Source of the DNA: an uncultured Gammaproteobacteria bacterium
GTDB taxonomy: Bacteria; Patescibacteriota; Microgenomatia; Levybacterales; UBA12049
Direction of reading: 5' to 3'
Assembly: GCA_964416445.1 (NCBI GenBank)
Contig: CAYQEE010000001.1
Location: 67,676-131,675, forward strand
DNA: 64,000 nt
Under the pieces are notes generated by a model, which saw nothing but the letters and a program-made list of their open reading frames with translations, did not search any database and was not told the origin of the DNA. The position numbers and the translations under genes were made by a program. How positions within the stretch are numbered: the stretch's first letter is position 1; every line of letters begins with the position of its first letter. Below are positions 49,988-61,300 of the stretch, one piece after another.

Positions 49988-50518
49988 ATGTATAAAATTG
50001 CAAATGTTTTGTATCGCTATACAATGCAACTCGTAGGATATTTACGAGCATGTTTTTGGCGACCATTCTTAAAAAAGATAGGCCTAAGAGTATTTATTAT
50101 GAATGGAGTAAAGATTATGAGTCCGCAGAACGTTGAGATAGGTCATGATGTATTAATAAATAGCAATACAAAAATTGGCGCACAGTGTGGTGTGAAAATA
50201 GGAAATTATGTTTTGATTGGATATAATGTAAATCTTGTTTCAGAAAATCATGCATATTCTAATCCAGAATTACCCATCATGAAACAAGGATTTTATGGTG
50301 GGGCTATTGAAATAAGTGATGATGTATGGATTGGTGCAAACGCCGTGGTATTACCTAACGTCAAAATTGGTAGAGGATCAATAATAGGCGCAAACGCAGT
50401 AGTAACTAAAGACGTTCCAATGTATGCTATCGTAGGAGGAGTTCCCGCAAAAGTAATTAAATATCGTTTTGGTGAAAAAGAAAAGCAAATAGCAAAGCAT
50501 ATTGATTTATCTATTTAA
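49988..50518 (+). CDS. Hexapeptide-repeat acetyltransferase (FdtC/WbbJ-like)
   Basis: [28 protein letters not shown] ... [25 protein letters not shown] ... [12 protein letters not shown]. Confidence 0.7.
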   Translation: MYKIANVLYRYTMQLVGYLRACFWRPFLKKIGLRVFIMNGVKIMSPQNVEIGHDVLINSNTKIGAQCGVKIGNYVLIGYNVNLVSENHAYSNPELPIMKQGFYGGAIEISDDVWIGANAVVLPNVKIGRGSIIGANAVVTKDVPMYAIVGGVPAKVIKYRFGEKEKQIAKHIDLSI

Positions 50519-51604
50519 CAGGTAATCGACAATAATTTTAGATGGGCTCACCTCAGAATGAATTGGTTTCGACTGATAGTTTTTATAATGTAACAAAAAA
50601 TTTTTTATGATTTCCTTATTACTTTTGCAAAGAACTACATTTTTTTCTAATCCCTCAAATTGTTCAGTATAATCACGTAATATTAAACAAGGTTTACCCA
50701 TTAAATATGCCTCGAGTTGATTGGTGGCACCGTCAGTTGCAATAAATTCCGCATGTTCTAATAAGGTAAGGAAATCTGGGTACGGTAATAGCGGAGTAAT
50801 TTTTATTTTATTCTTCGGAATACTTGTGTTGACTTCTAAGGATTTGATTATTTCAACCGTTAAAGGATGATTAAACAACAAACAATCTAAATTTTGATTA
50901 GCATTATTAATGACAAATTCCAAGATATCTTTTGACCAATTCTTTTTAAAAAGAATATGTTCTTGTCTATGAAGTATTAAAATATAATATTTTTTTGAAG
51001 GGACCTTATAACTTGTAGAACGTTTGTTATTCATTACCCACCAAAAAACTTCAAGCAAAGTATTATATTGAGTATTAATTTTAATTTTCTTTATATGTTT
51101 CAGATTATTCTCAGCCCATGAATTGGGTGGAAACAGAATATCAGCCAATCGAATATTGATATTTCTGCAAATCTCTTCAGGGAATGGTTCCATTAAATTA
51201 GTAGATAGATCTCCAGATTCTATATGGATAAGAGTAAGTCCATAAATTTTAGCTATGATTGCGCCAATAGTAGTTGATACGGGATCTCCGAAAATAATAA
51301 AGTAAGTATTTTTTTTATCTTTACCTTTAAATTCCTTCCGTAACGAAATTAAACTTTTAAAGAAAATTCTTGTAGCCCAAATTAAAAAGTAAATAATTGA
51401 TGATTTATTAACCTTTTCTTTAAATGCGATATCTGGTTTGAAATTACCAATATAACCGGAAAGAGAATCGAAATTGATATGATTTTGTCCAGAGGTTATT
51501 AATTTGAACGGTATTTTTCTTTGTTGTAACTCTTTAAAAATAGGAGATAATTTAATAAATTCTGCAGTAGTACCTATGAAAAAATATATATGTTTTTTGA
51601 ACAT
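50507..51604 (-). CDS. UDP-N-acetylglucosamine 2-epimerase family protein (second Epimerase_2 paralog)
   Basis: HIESGDLS ... [22 protein letters not shown] parallels WecB/NeuC HVEAGLRS ... PFPEEVNR...LADLHF. Confidence 0.55.
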   Translation of the reverse strand: MFKKHIYFFIGTTAEFIKLSPIFKELQQRKIPFKLITSGQNHINFDSLSGYIGNFKPDIAFKEKVNKSSIIYFLIWATRIFFKSLISLRKEFKGKDKKNTYFIIFGDPVSTTIGAIIAKIYGLTLIHIESGDLSTNLMEPFPEEICRNINIRLADILFPPNSWAENNLKHIKKIKINTQYNTLLEVFWWVMNNKRSTSYKVPSKKYYILILHRQEHILFKKNWSKDILEFVINNANQNLDCLLFNHPLTVEIIKSLEVNTSIPKNKIKITPLLPYPDFLTLLEHAEFIATDGATNQLEAYLMGKPCLILRDYTEQFEGLEKNVVLCKSNKEIIKNFLLHYKNYQSKPIHSEVSPSKIIVDYLLNR

Positions 51605-51692
51605 TATAAAATTTTATCATAAATATAGTTAGTATATAAATGTCAGAAAAAATTAAATAGTATAATAGCTTTATAAGTGAAAGTTGTAACTA

Positions 51693-52958
51693 ATGAAAAT
51701 GAGTAAAAAATGTAAAAAATTAACTTTAATTCAAATAGTTAGTATAATCTCTTTATTTTCTCTATGTTTTTGGTTTACTTTGATTATTCATTCTTATGCA
51801 AAATCGAGTTGTATAAATACCATTGTGATTACTGGACAAAGTTTAGCTACTGGTGCATTTGGTATTCCAGCACTTACTACAAAACAACCATATGATAACA
51901 TTATGTTAAAAAATAACCAATTAGTTCCATTAGTTGAAAATAATCAGGAAACTATTTCTTCTTCAATGGCCAATACAATTACATCTCTAGAGTCCAATCA
52001 TAACGATCAATTAGAAGTAATATTACATGGTTGGGATGGAGCATATTATAAATTAATTAAAAAAGGGACAAGCACATTTAATCAAAATGTACAAGATATT
52101 CTGGTTTCAAAACAACTTGGCGATGAGATGCACAAACATTTTCAGGTTACTGCGATAAGTATATTACATGGTGAAAGTGATGACTGGTTTGGGTGGGGTA
52201 ATGTATATGAATCGAATCTTAAACAATGGCAAAATGATTATGAAACACTAATTAAAAAAATTACTCATCAAACCACATCTATTCCCATTTTAATTTACCA
52301 ACTAAGCTCTTATTCTGAGTGGAGCTCAATACCAGTAGTGAGTCTTGCCCAACTATCGGCAGCTGAACATAATCCAAATAATATTATATTGGTTTCTCCA
52401 ATGTATTTTTTTACCTACAGAAATGGTCCTCATCTGACAAATAAGAGTTATCGTTGGTTAGGTGAATATTATGGTAAAGTTTATAAACAAGTCGTAATTG
52501 ATCATAAACATTGGATGCCCCTTTATCCAGAATCAATTAATAGATTAGGGAATATTATTCATGTTCATTTTCACGTTCCATCTGGCCAACTTGTTTTCGA
52601 TACAAAAAATGTGCTTAAAGCGAATAATTATGGTTTTGAATTTTATCAAATAGGCGGAAATAATGTAAATATTACCGTAATAAAAATAATAAATTCATCA
52701 ACAGTAGAAATTGTATTAAATTCTGTCCCTACAGGAGTAAATCAACAACTAAGATATGCATATACAGCTAAAAAAGGTGCGCATCCAGGGGCTTTCATTC
52801 CTGGATCATCAAAAGGTAATTTAAGAGATAGTGATAATACTCCTTCTTTGGATAAACAACCATTATATAATTGGTGTGTTACTTTTGATAAACAAATTCA
52901 TAATAGTGATTCCCTTATTTCAAAAATATTATATATGCTCCATTTGCAAATTTTCTAG
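51693..52958 (+). CDS. Secreted or membrane-anchored SASA/DUF303-like carbohydrate esterase (sialate-O-acetylesterase-like)
   Basis: N-terminal signal anchor. ITGQSLATG (compare the GQSN block) and ILHGESDDW (compare the QGESD block) of the sialate O-acetylesterase family. Confidence 0.4.
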   Translation: MKMSKKCKKLTLIQIVSIISLFSLCFWFTLIIHSYAKSSCINTIVITGQSLATGAFGIPALTTKQPYDNIMLKNNQLVPLVENNQETISSSMANTITSLESNHNDQLEVILHGWDGAYYKLIKKGTSTFNQNVQDILVSKQLGDEMHKHFQVTAISILHGESDDWFGWGNVYESNLKQWQNDYETLIKKITHQTTSIPILIYQLSSYSEWSSIPVVSLAQLSAAEHNPNNIILVSPMYFFTYRNGPHLTNKSYRWLGEYYGKVYKQVVIDHKHWMPLYPESINRLGNIIHVHFHVPSGQLVFDTKNVLKANNYGFEFYQIGGNNVNITVIKIINSSTVEIVLNSVPTGVNQQLRYAYTAKKGAHPGAFIPGSSKGNLRDSDNTPSLDKQPLYNWCVTFDKQIHNSDSLISKILYMLHLQIF

Positions 52959-53101
52959 ATTTGTTTTATTAAAATGTGATCATGAGCAGGAAATTCTTAT
53001 ATTGTCCACTACACATATTTGAGTCTAATTTCTTATTTCTTTCAAACTATAGGAAAGTATACAATTTTGAAATACTAAGTAAAAATGGTAGAATACTGCT
53101 T

Positions 53102-54049
53102 ATGATAAGTGCTGTTATTCCTCTTCATAATGAGGAGGAAAATTTGGATATTTTATATCAACGCCTTGTCCCTGCGCTAAAGAAAATAGATAAATCGTAT
53201 GAAATAATTTTTATTGATGATGGATCAATAGATTCTTCTTTAGAGATTCTTAAAAAATTGGCGTTGAAAGATCAATTGGTTCGAATTTACTCTTTCAGAA
53301 AAAATCTGGGGAAATCCGAAGCCTTAACTTTGGGTTTCCAGCAAGCAAAAGGAGACTATATTGTCACTCTTGATGCGGATTTACAGGACAGACCTGAGGA
53401 AATAGAGAAACTTAGTGTAAAAATGGAAGAAGGGTATGATTTAGTTACAGGGTGGAGGAAAAATCGACAAGACGCTCGATTCATGGTACGTGCTTCAAAG
53501 TTATTCAATGGGATGACAAAATGGCTCTGGAAAATAGATATTCATGATTATAACTGCGGTTTGAAATTATATAAAAAAGAACTTGCGAAGTCATTGCATT
53601 TATATGGTGGATTACATCGGTTTATTCCATTGTTGGCATATCAACAAGGGTTTTCAGTATCAGAAGTCCTTATACATCATGATAAAAGACTTCATGGAAA
53701 ATCAAAGTACGGTCCCTCAAAAGTTCTCAAAGATTTACCAGATTTGTTTACTATGATGTTTCTGAGCCTTTTCAGTCAGCGTCCTCTTCACTTCTTCTTT
53801 TTTATTGGAAATTTTTTATCTCTTATCGGAATAATATTTTTAGGATACTTAACGTATCTTCATTATTTTTTACACGAAACCGTTGGTACTCGTCCATTGT
53901 GGTCTGTTGGTATATTGTTTACGTTAGTTGGATTACAAATTACTTTTACAGGACTTTTAGCAGATCTTATTATTCATACGATGAAAGGAACTTTATCTCA
54001 TTCTGATGGAGTACAACAATTCATAAAATTTTCGACAGATAAGAAATGA
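53102..54049 (+). CDS. Polyprenol-phosphate glycosyltransferase (GT2, GtrB/ArnC/DPM1-like) with two C-terminal TM helices
   Basis: MISAVIPLHNEEENL ... IIFIDDGSIDSS ... TLDADLQDRPEEI plus C-terminal helices. Start set at Met 53102. The 42-codon upstream extension in the ORF track (52976) has no GT homology. Confidence 0.7.
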   Translation: MISAVIPLHNEEENLDILYQRLVPALKKIDKSYEIIFIDDGSIDSSLEILKKLALKDQLVRIYSFRKNLGKSEALTLGFQQAKGDYIVTLDADLQDRPEEIEKLSVKMEEGYDLVTGWRKNRQDARFMVRASKLFNGMTKWLWKIDIHDYNCGLKLYKKELAKSLHLYGGLHRFIPLLAYQQGFSVSEVLIHHDKRLHGKSKYGPSKVLKDLPDLFTMMFLSLFSQRPLHFFFFIGNFLSLIGIIFLGYLTYLHYFLHETVGTRPLWSVGILFTLVGLQITFTGLLADLIIHTMKGTLSHSDGVQQFIKFSTDKK

Positions 54050-54279
54050 AACCGCAAGATATTATTTTTTTTCTCTTATTTTTACTGTTTGTCTATAAAA
54101 GGAATTCACGATGGACAACAATTGCAGGAATAGTGTGCTTGCTTATTGCAATGCCTCTTTTTGCAAAATGGATATTTTTTACTGCTGAGCGACTAACTTG
54201 GTACGCAGGAGCATTATTTTGCTTGTCACTGTTCCAACAGCTTTATGAAATCAAAAAAGAGATTAAAAAAACTTCATGA
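54046..54279 (+). CDS. Small membrane protein (77 aa, 2-3 TM), possible GtrA-like accessory/flippase subunit
   Basis: Overlaps the GtrB-like gene stop (ATGA). Hydrophobic. No conserved GtrA motif seen, so function is inferred from position only. Confidence 0.3.
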   Translation: MKPQDIIFFLLFLLFVYKRNSRWTTIAGIVCLLIAMPLFAKWIFFTAERLTWYAGALFCLSLFQQLYEIKKEIKKTS

Positions 54280-55151
54280 CCCAAAAACAAAAAGCTTTAT
54301 TGGTTGTAGCAATTACTGCAATTGTTGGAGGAGGGACCACAGCAGTTACTAAAAAAGGACTAGCAGAAATTCCGCCGTTAAATTATGCATTTCTGCGATT
54401 CTTTTTATCGGCGATCATGATCTTCCCTTTTTTCTTAATATATGAAAAGCATATCTTCCGTGACTTAGGAAAAATATTGGGAATTTCACTCTTTGGTGCA
54501 TTAAATATTTTCTTTTTTATTCTTGGCATATCCAAAACAACTGCTACTATCAGCCAGTTGATTTATGGGGCAATCCCAGTTTTTACAGGTATTATTATGT
54601 ATATTTTTTTAAAAGAAAAACTCACAAGAATGAGAACGGTTGGTATTGTCTTAGGATTTATTGGAGTGATAATTGTACTTTTTTTACCAATTTATTTAAA
54701 AAATGTGCCGTTTGCTGGTAACGTGATAGGTAATATATCTATCCTTACTGCTGTTATTTCTTGGACGCTTTGGCTCATATTATCTAAAAATCTTTTGGTG
54801 ATAAAATCTCCTTTTCTTATAACAAGTTACATGGTCTTTGTCACTGCTATAGTATTGTTTCCTTTTTCGTTCCTAGAAGTACATGGTAATTATACATGGC
54901 TTTTTCGTATTGATCGAATAGAGATTCTATCACTTATGTATGTTTCAGTTATTTCCACTATTGCAACCTTTATCGGGACTCAATATGCTATAAAATATGG
55001 TGGAACAATGCTTGCCTCTACGTTATATTACTTACTTCCGATATCAGCATTTGTTTACGCATTTTTTTTACTTGGAGAAAAACTTAATTATGGAATAGGA
55101 GTAGGAAGTATACTTGTGTTAATAGGTACTTTCTTAGTAACCTTACAGTAA
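54276..55151 (+). CDS. EamA/DMT-family transporter (10 TM)
   Basis: 291 aa. Two repeated 5-TM halves. Typical EamA size and topology. Confidence 0.6.
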   Translation: MTQKQKALLVVAITAIVGGGTTAVTKKGLAEIPPLNYAFLRFFLSAIMIFPFFLIYEKHIFRDLGKILGISLFGALNIFFFILGISKTTATISQLIYGAIPVFTGIIMYIFLKEKLTRMRTVGIVLGFIGVIIVLFLPIYLKNVPFAGNVIGNISILTAVISWTLWLILSKNLLVIKSPFLITSYMVFVTAIVLFPFSFLEVHGNYTWLFRIDRIEILSLMYVSVISTIATFIGTQYAIKYGGTMLASTLYYLLPISAFVYAFFLLGEKLNYGIGVGSILVLIGTFLVTLQ

Positions 55152-55152
55152 T

Positions 55153-55686
55153 ATGAAAATTGGAATTGATATATCTCAGATTAGTTATAAAGGAACAGGA
55201 GTGAGTAATTATCTCCAGCTATTAATTCAAAATCTTTTAACTCAAGATAAAGAAAATGAATATATATTTTTTTATTCGTCTTTACGAAAGAAATTTAGTA
55301 TGTCTGAAGTTTTTGATCAGAAATTTTCGAATGTTCAAGTAAAACAGTTTCGATTTCCACCAGGATTATTAGATTTTCTATGGAATAGGATACATATTTT
55401 CCCGATAGAATGGTTCATAGGAGATATTGATATTTTTATTTCTTCTGATTGGACACAACCTCCAACAAAGAAAGCAAAAAAAATGACAATTCTCTATGAC
55501 CTTATTGTTTACAAATATCCTGCGGAAACGGCAGATCTTATCGTTCGCGTGCAAAAACGACGATTGCGTTGGGTTGCTAAAGAAGCTGATAAAATCATTT
55601 GTATCTCCGAAGCAACAAAAGCCGATGCAATAAATATACTACATATCGATAAAAATCGATTGCAGGTAATTTACCCAGGAATTTGA
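55153..55686 (+). CDS. Stand-alone GT4 N-terminal (Glyco_trans_4) domain: truncated glycosyltransferase or split GT-B half
   Basis: 177 aa. Homologous to the N-domain of the next gene (MKIGIDISQIS.. versus [10 protein letters not shown]..). Ends at VIYPGI exactly where the downstream GT4 continues TYPGIKAK into its catalytic C-domain. Confidence 0.45.
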   Translation: MKIGIDISQISYKGTGVSNYLQLLIQNLLTQDKENEYIFFYSSLRKKFSMSEVFDQKFSNVQVKQFRFPPGLLDFLWNRIHIFPIEWFIGDIDIFISSDWTQPPTKKAKKMTILYDLIVYKYPAETADLIVRVQKRRLRWVAKEADKIICISEATKADAINILHIDKNRLQVIYPGI

Positions 55687-55707
55687 ATGAGTGTATAAAT
55701 TATAGAT

Positions 55708-56844
55708 ATGAAAAAAGTTTCAACAATTATTGGCATCGATGGTAATGAAGCAAATGTTGCGTTACGGGTCGGTATTAGCGAATACGCATTTGAACTTTTG
55801 CAACAATTTTCGATATTGCATTCACCATATACCTTTCAGATATATCTAAAGGAAAAACCTCGTGGTGAATTACCAAAAGAGGACGCACATTGGCATTATA
55901 AAATTGTAAAGCCAAGAAAGTTTTGGACTCAGATTGGATTGCCAATGAGTCTGTATGCTGATGCAAGTCGTCCAGGTATTATTTTTAGCCCTTCACACTA
56001 TGCGCCTCGATTTTCACCTATTCCTACGGCCATTTCAATAATGGACCTTTCCTATATTCATTTTCCGCAATTATTTGCAAAAAAAGATTTGTATCAACTT
56101 ACAAAATGGACTGCGTATTCGGTAGCAAACGCGAAGAAAATATTTACTATTAGTGAAGCAAGTAAAAATGATATAATTAACCATTATAAGGTAGAAGCTG
56201 AAAGAATTGTTGTAACCTATCCGGGTATAAAAGCAAAATCGAATCCTATGGATAAAACGCCTACTTTGGAAGAACTCAAACAACGATATGGCATTGAGGG
56301 AAAATTTATCCTTTTTGTGGGGACGATTCAACCAAGAAAAAATATCGCACGGTTAATAGAAGCGTTTTCCCAAGTACTTAAGAAACATGAGAAAATCTCA
56401 TTAGTTATTGTAGGGAAGAAAGGATGGCTCTATGAGCCTATTTTACAGAAACCGCATGATTTAGGTATTTCGTCGAAAGTAAAATTTCTTGATTTTATTT
56501 CAAATAATGATTTACACGCATTATATCAATACGCATTATGCTATATATTACCAAGTCTCTATGAGGGATTTGGATTGCCAGTACTTGAGGCAATGCAATA
56601 TGGGTGTCCAGTGATTACCAGTAATATAAGCAGTTTACCCGAAGCAGGAGGAGATGCCGCACTGTATGTTAATCCTGAAGATGTGTCGGATATAGCAAAT
56701 AAAATTTTTATGATGGTTGAAAATCAAAAAGTCCGTGAGGAGTACAGAAAAAAAGGATACGAACATATAAAAAAATTCTCTTGGAAAAAAACAGCGCAAC
56801 AAACGCTTGCGGTTTTAGAACAAATGATGAACGAAACTTTATGA
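55708..56844 (+). CDS. Glycosyltransferase family 4
   Basis: [26 protein letters not shown]-terminal motif plus N-terminal GT4 domain. Confidence 0.8.
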   Translation: MKKVSTIIGIDGNEANVALRVGISEYAFELLQQFSILHSPYTFQIYLKEKPRGELPKEDAHWHYKIVKPRKFWTQIGLPMSLYADASRPGIIFSPSHYAPRFSPIPTAISIMDLSYIHFPQLFAKKDLYQLTKWTAYSVANAKKIFTISEASKNDIINHYKVEAERIVVTYPGIKAKSNPMDKTPTLEELKQRYGIEGKFILFVGTIQPRKNIARLIEAFSQVLKKHEKISLVIVGKKGWLYEPILQKPHDLGISSKVKFLDFISNNDLHALYQYALCYILPSLYEGFGLPVLEAMQYGCPVITSNISSLPEAGGDAALYVNPEDVSDIANKIFMMVENQKVREEYRKKGYEHIKKFSWKKTAQQTLAVLEQMMNETL

Positions 56845-57434
56845 AAAACAGACTTGGCAAAGAGTTAACAATGGAAGAAGCAATGGATAAAGTAGCAAAC
56901 CGGATACAGAATATTATACTTGAACTTGGTATTTTTTGTATTCACCTCATTGGCAATATTCCTTTTCATCATGTACGACGTTTCTTTTATCGATTAGCTG
57001 GAGTCAAAATAGGAAAAGGTTCGACACTCCATATGGGTATTACATTCTATCAGCCAGAAAATATCCAGATTGGAGAAGATTCAATAATTGGAGAAAATAC
57101 TGTTTTAGATGGCAGAGATAAATTGCATATAGGCGACCATGTTGATATCGCTTCGGAAGTGATGATCTATAATTCACAACATGATGTGAACGATGAGTTC
57201 TTTTCAGCTATTGTTAAACCTGTTATTATACGGGATTATACGTTTATAGGACCTCGTGCAATTATTTTGCCAGGAGTAACGATAGGAAAAGGTGCCATTG
57301 TAGGCGCTGGAGCTGTAGTCACAAAAGATGTTTCTGATTTTGCAATTGTTGGTGGAGTTCCGGCTCAGGTTATCGGAGAAAGAAAATTAAAAGATCCTCG
57401 TTATCGACTAGGTAGAGCTCGTTGGTTCCGTTAA
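56841..57434 (+). CDS. Hexapeptide-repeat acetyltransferase
   Basis: [15 protein letters not shown] ... [17 protein letters not shown] ... [12 protein letters not shown]. Start set at 56841 (ATGA overlap with the upstream stop) instead of 56781. Confidence 0.65.
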   Translation: MKNRLGKELTMEEAMDKVANRIQNIILELGIFCIHLIGNIPFHHVRRFFYRLAGVKIGKGSTLHMGITFYQPENIQIGEDSIIGENTVLDGRDKLHIGDHVDIASEVMIYNSQHDVNDEFFSAIVKPVIIRDYTFIGPRAIILPGVTIGKGAIVGAGAVVTKDVSDFAIVGGVPAQVIGERKLKDPRYRLGRARWFR

Positions 57435-58321
57435 ATATGAAATTATCAGTTATTAGTCTTAGTTACAACAAAAAAGAAATGACTGTTTCTTATATCGTTT
57501 CATTATATAATGTATACCGAGATTATTTTGAAAAAAATGAAATAGAATTAATCATTGTTGATAACGCTTCTGCAGATGGAGCAGCAAATTTTATTACACA
57601 AGAAGTAGCCGGGCAACATTATCGAAATATTCATATTATTAAAAATGTAACCAATGATGGTTTTGCAAAAGCTTGCAACAAAGGAGCATCACATGCAAAA
57701 GGAGAATTTTTATTATTTCTTAATAATGATTCGTTAATAAAAAGTGAAGGATTTTTAAAAATGGTATCATTCATGCAAGAACATCCTCATGTAGCGGTAA
57801 TGGGAGGAAGAATGAAAAATACAGATGGGTCGCCGCAATTATCAGCATGGAAATTTTATACGTTACCGAATGCACTGATCATGTTATTGGGTATGGAACG
57901 GTTTGGATTATTGCAATCGAGTCCTAACACAATACAAAAAGTTGATTGGGTTACTGGTGGATGTATGATGGTGCAAAGAAAAATATTTAGTACATTAGGA
58001 GGCTTTGATGAACATTTCTTTATGTATATGGAGGATATGGAATTATGTTACCGAGTAACAAAAGCAAAATATGCTATTTATTATTATCCGTTTCTCAATA
58101 TTAATCATATCGGACAAGGGAGTAGTAACCGCTCATTTGCTATCATTAATATTTATAAAGGAATACTTTATTTTTACAAAAAACATATGCCAGCCTGGCA
58201 ATATGGAATAATTAAGGCTATTTTATACTTAAAAGCGAAATTATTAATAATTTTTGGTAAGATAAGTCATCGGACATATTTTTCAAGCACCTATGAACAA
58301 GCTCTTGCAGTTTTTCAATAG
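57422..58321 (+). CDS. Glycosyltransferase family 2 (WbbL-like)
   Basis: [14 protein letters not shown] ... [11 protein letters not shown] ... FLNNDS ... [19 protein letters not shown]. Confidence 0.75.
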   Translation: MVPLNMKLSVISLSYNKKEMTVSYIVSLYNVYRDYFEKNEIELIIVDNASADGAANFITQEVAGQHYRNIHIIKNVTNDGFAKACNKGASHAKGEFLLFLNNDSLIKSEGFLKMVSFMQEHPHVAVMGGRMKNTDGSPQLSAWKFYTLPNALIMLLGMERFGLLQSSPNTIQKVDWVTGGCMMVQRKIFSTLGGFDEHFFMYMEDMELCYRVTKAKYAIYYYPFLNINHIGQGSSNRSFAIINIYKGILYFYKKHMPAWQYGIIKAILYLKAKLLIIFGKISHRTYFSSTYEQALAVFQ

Positions 58322-61300
58322 CTCGGTATTAAAAATCGGAGTTGCACTTTCGCTCCTTTTTATACCACTCTATCCCAAATTACCGAGTATATCGGTTACT
58401 CATACGTGGGTATATATTCGTGCAGAAGATTTTCTCATTGCAATCGTTACTTTTATCTGGATTGTCTTGTTACTCAGGAAAAAAGTAAAACTTCCTTTTC
58501 CTCTTGCGACACCGATTATTTTATATTGGATAGTTGGACTTATTTCCTTATTATTTTCAGTAATTTTTATTGGACCACATTTAGCTAATTTCTTTCCTAA
58601 AATAGCGGCGCTGGAATATCTACGGAGAATAGAGTACATGATTCTCTTTTTTATTGCGATATCTACCGTTAAAAGTGAAAAAGATATTTTGTTTTATTTA
58701 AAGGTTATTTTTGCAACAGTAACGGGGGTTGTTTTATATGGTTTTGGACAACGATGGTATGTGCTTTTATGGCATCAGTTCCCTAAATTTTTTGAAAAGT
58801 ATCCCTTTTGTTTCCCCTCATTTCAAACAGGAAATGAGGAGTTTGCGAAAGGATTAGCATTATGTCTTCCACCAGATGCGCGAATTACTTCAACATTCGG
58901 TGGACATTATGATTTAGCAGCTTATTTAGTTATTATTATTCCTTTACTTTTTGCCGCAGTTTTTATTTTTAAAAATATCTTTGCAAAAATATTTATTCTT
59001 ATCTTATCTATTGCCTCGTTAATGTTGTTAATATTAACTTCTTCTCGAACATCGTTTGTTGCTTATCTTGTTGGGATTTGTTTTATGCTCTTTTTTGCGA
59101 AACAAAAAAAGTATATCCTTCCGGTACTTATTTTTAGTATTATCCTTCTACTCTCCTTTAGTTCCTCAACAGCACAGCGGTTTCTTGAAACCATTCGCTT
59201 TACTTCTGTCGTTACCAATTCACAAGGGCAAGTTGTTGGGGTGACAACCTCAAGTTTACCAACTGATCTTCAAAAGAAAATATCAAAAAATCCTACGGTT
59301 GTTGCTGCACCTCCTCCATCCCAAAATCTTCCCACAGGTTCAAGTTTTATAACGCTACCAGGAAAGCAGATAACAACCCATGTTGCAGTTGTGCAATCGA
59401 ATGCACCCCAAAGTGTGGTCAAGAATCTCAAATATGCCTATGGAGGACAGGAAATATCAACAATTTCAGGAACATTTCTTGTAAAAAAAGCGCTTGTGTA
59501 CGATATTTCTATTACGACTCGTTTTCAAGCAGAGTGGCCTAATGCTTGGAATGCATTTCTTCGTAATCCTTTTTTAGGAAGTGGTTATAGTTCAATCTCG
59601 CTTGCAACTGATGGTGATTACTTCCGTATGCTTGGAGAAACAGGTGCATTCGGTATGGTAACTTTTGCCCTGATTTTTATGTTCTTTGGTACCCTGGTAT
59701 ATGCTGTTGGGCCTGACGCCCCTAAAACAGCACGTTATTTTGCATATGGATTAGCTGGTGGTATTATTGGTTTATTCATCAACGCAAGCCTCATTGACGT
59801 GTTTGAATCCTCAAAAGTAGCGGAATCACTTTGGTTATTGTCTGGTATTGGTATGGGGGGCATGCTTTTATATCAGAGAGAAAAAATCAATTACAAGTTC
59901 TATATGAAAAAAATATTCACTTCAAATATTCTTATTGGAATTTATTTATTTATTCTTACTGGTATAGTATTTTTTCAAACAATTTCTAACTTCTTCGTAG
60001 CTGATGATTTTACCTGGCTTCGTTGGGCAGGAGAGTCAAATATTCAAGATTTGAAAGGTTATTTGCTGAATGCAAGTGGATTTTTTTATAGACCACTAGA
60101 TAAATTTATTATTTTTGCTTTATTTAGCGTTTCTGCATTCCAACCGCAGTCTTATCATATTTTTATTCTGATACTTCATTTTATCACTACTGTTGGAGTT
60201 TACCTGCTTTTGAAGAAAATTTTTGGAGATAAATTATGGGCGTTTTTAGGATCGGTAATGTTCCTTTTATTGCCGATCCACGGGGAGAATATTTATTGGT
60301 TATCAACTATTTCTACAACCCTATCTTCACTCTTTATTGTTTATGCCACTCTTGCATGGCTTATGTTTCGGGAGAAATCTCTCACAGCATATATTTTTTC
60401 TTTACTCCTCAGTATTTTAGCATTTCTTTCTTATGAAATGGCTATAGTGATTCCAGGAATTTTGCTGATTTCAGATTTTTTTCTTGTTAAGCACAAAAAA
60501 ACATGGCGAATGTTTTTGGCCTACATACCAATTCTTTTTATTATTGGTGGCTATTGGTTTGTGAGACATATCTCTCGCGCGGTATCTTTTGGGGGAGATT
60601 ATGCTTACAGTGGTGTTCATTTTATTCCAAATTTTCTCGGTAATTTCTTTGGATATCTTGGCATTGTTATTTTTGGAGAGTATTTTTTCCCGACGTATAC
60701 GGCTTTACGTTCCAATTTGAGAATGTACTCACTTCCCTTTATTATTTTCTTTGCTGTTATTGTGCTACTGATACTAGGACTAGTTATTGGTAAAAAGAAA
60801 TTCGTTCATCGATGGATGCGTGCAAAAGCATTTCGAATGTGGTTATATGGTATTTGTTTTGCTATTGTAGGATTACTACCTTTTATTGGTCTTGGAAATA
60901 TTACTGAACGGTATGTTTATTTTGCATCACTTGGATTTATTATTTCCTTTGTTTCGATTGTCCAATCTATTGCGCAGATTTTTCTTCAACGGGAGAAAAA
61001 AATGATATATATTTTCGTTGGTATTGTCCTGCTTATTATTATTTGGTTTGGATATGATGTCCGTCGTGAATCGCAACAATGGCAACAAGCTGGTGAGATA
61101 ACGATGAGTACCCTCGGGATTTTACGGAACAACTATGCAGATATTCAACCATCAGCACATCTCTATTTTGTGAATGTGCCAATTCGATATCAAAATGCTT
61201 GGGTTTTTCCAACTGGCCTTACTGATGCTTTGTGGTTTATTTACCGAGATTCAAGTCCAAAAATTTATAGCGTCAAAGATGTTTCTACTGCACATAGCCT

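Noticed and set aside
52976-53101. 42-codon N-terminal extension of the GtrB-like glycosyltransferase in the ORF track
   Set aside because: The extension (MIMSRKFLYCPLHIF...) has no GT homology. The Met at 53102 begins the canonical MISAVIPLHNEE GT2 N-terminus. Start moved to 53102.
53278-53292. tRNA T-loop-like string GGTTCGAAT
   Set aside because: Lies inside the GtrB-like CDS with no acceptor or anticodon stem context. Not a tRNA.
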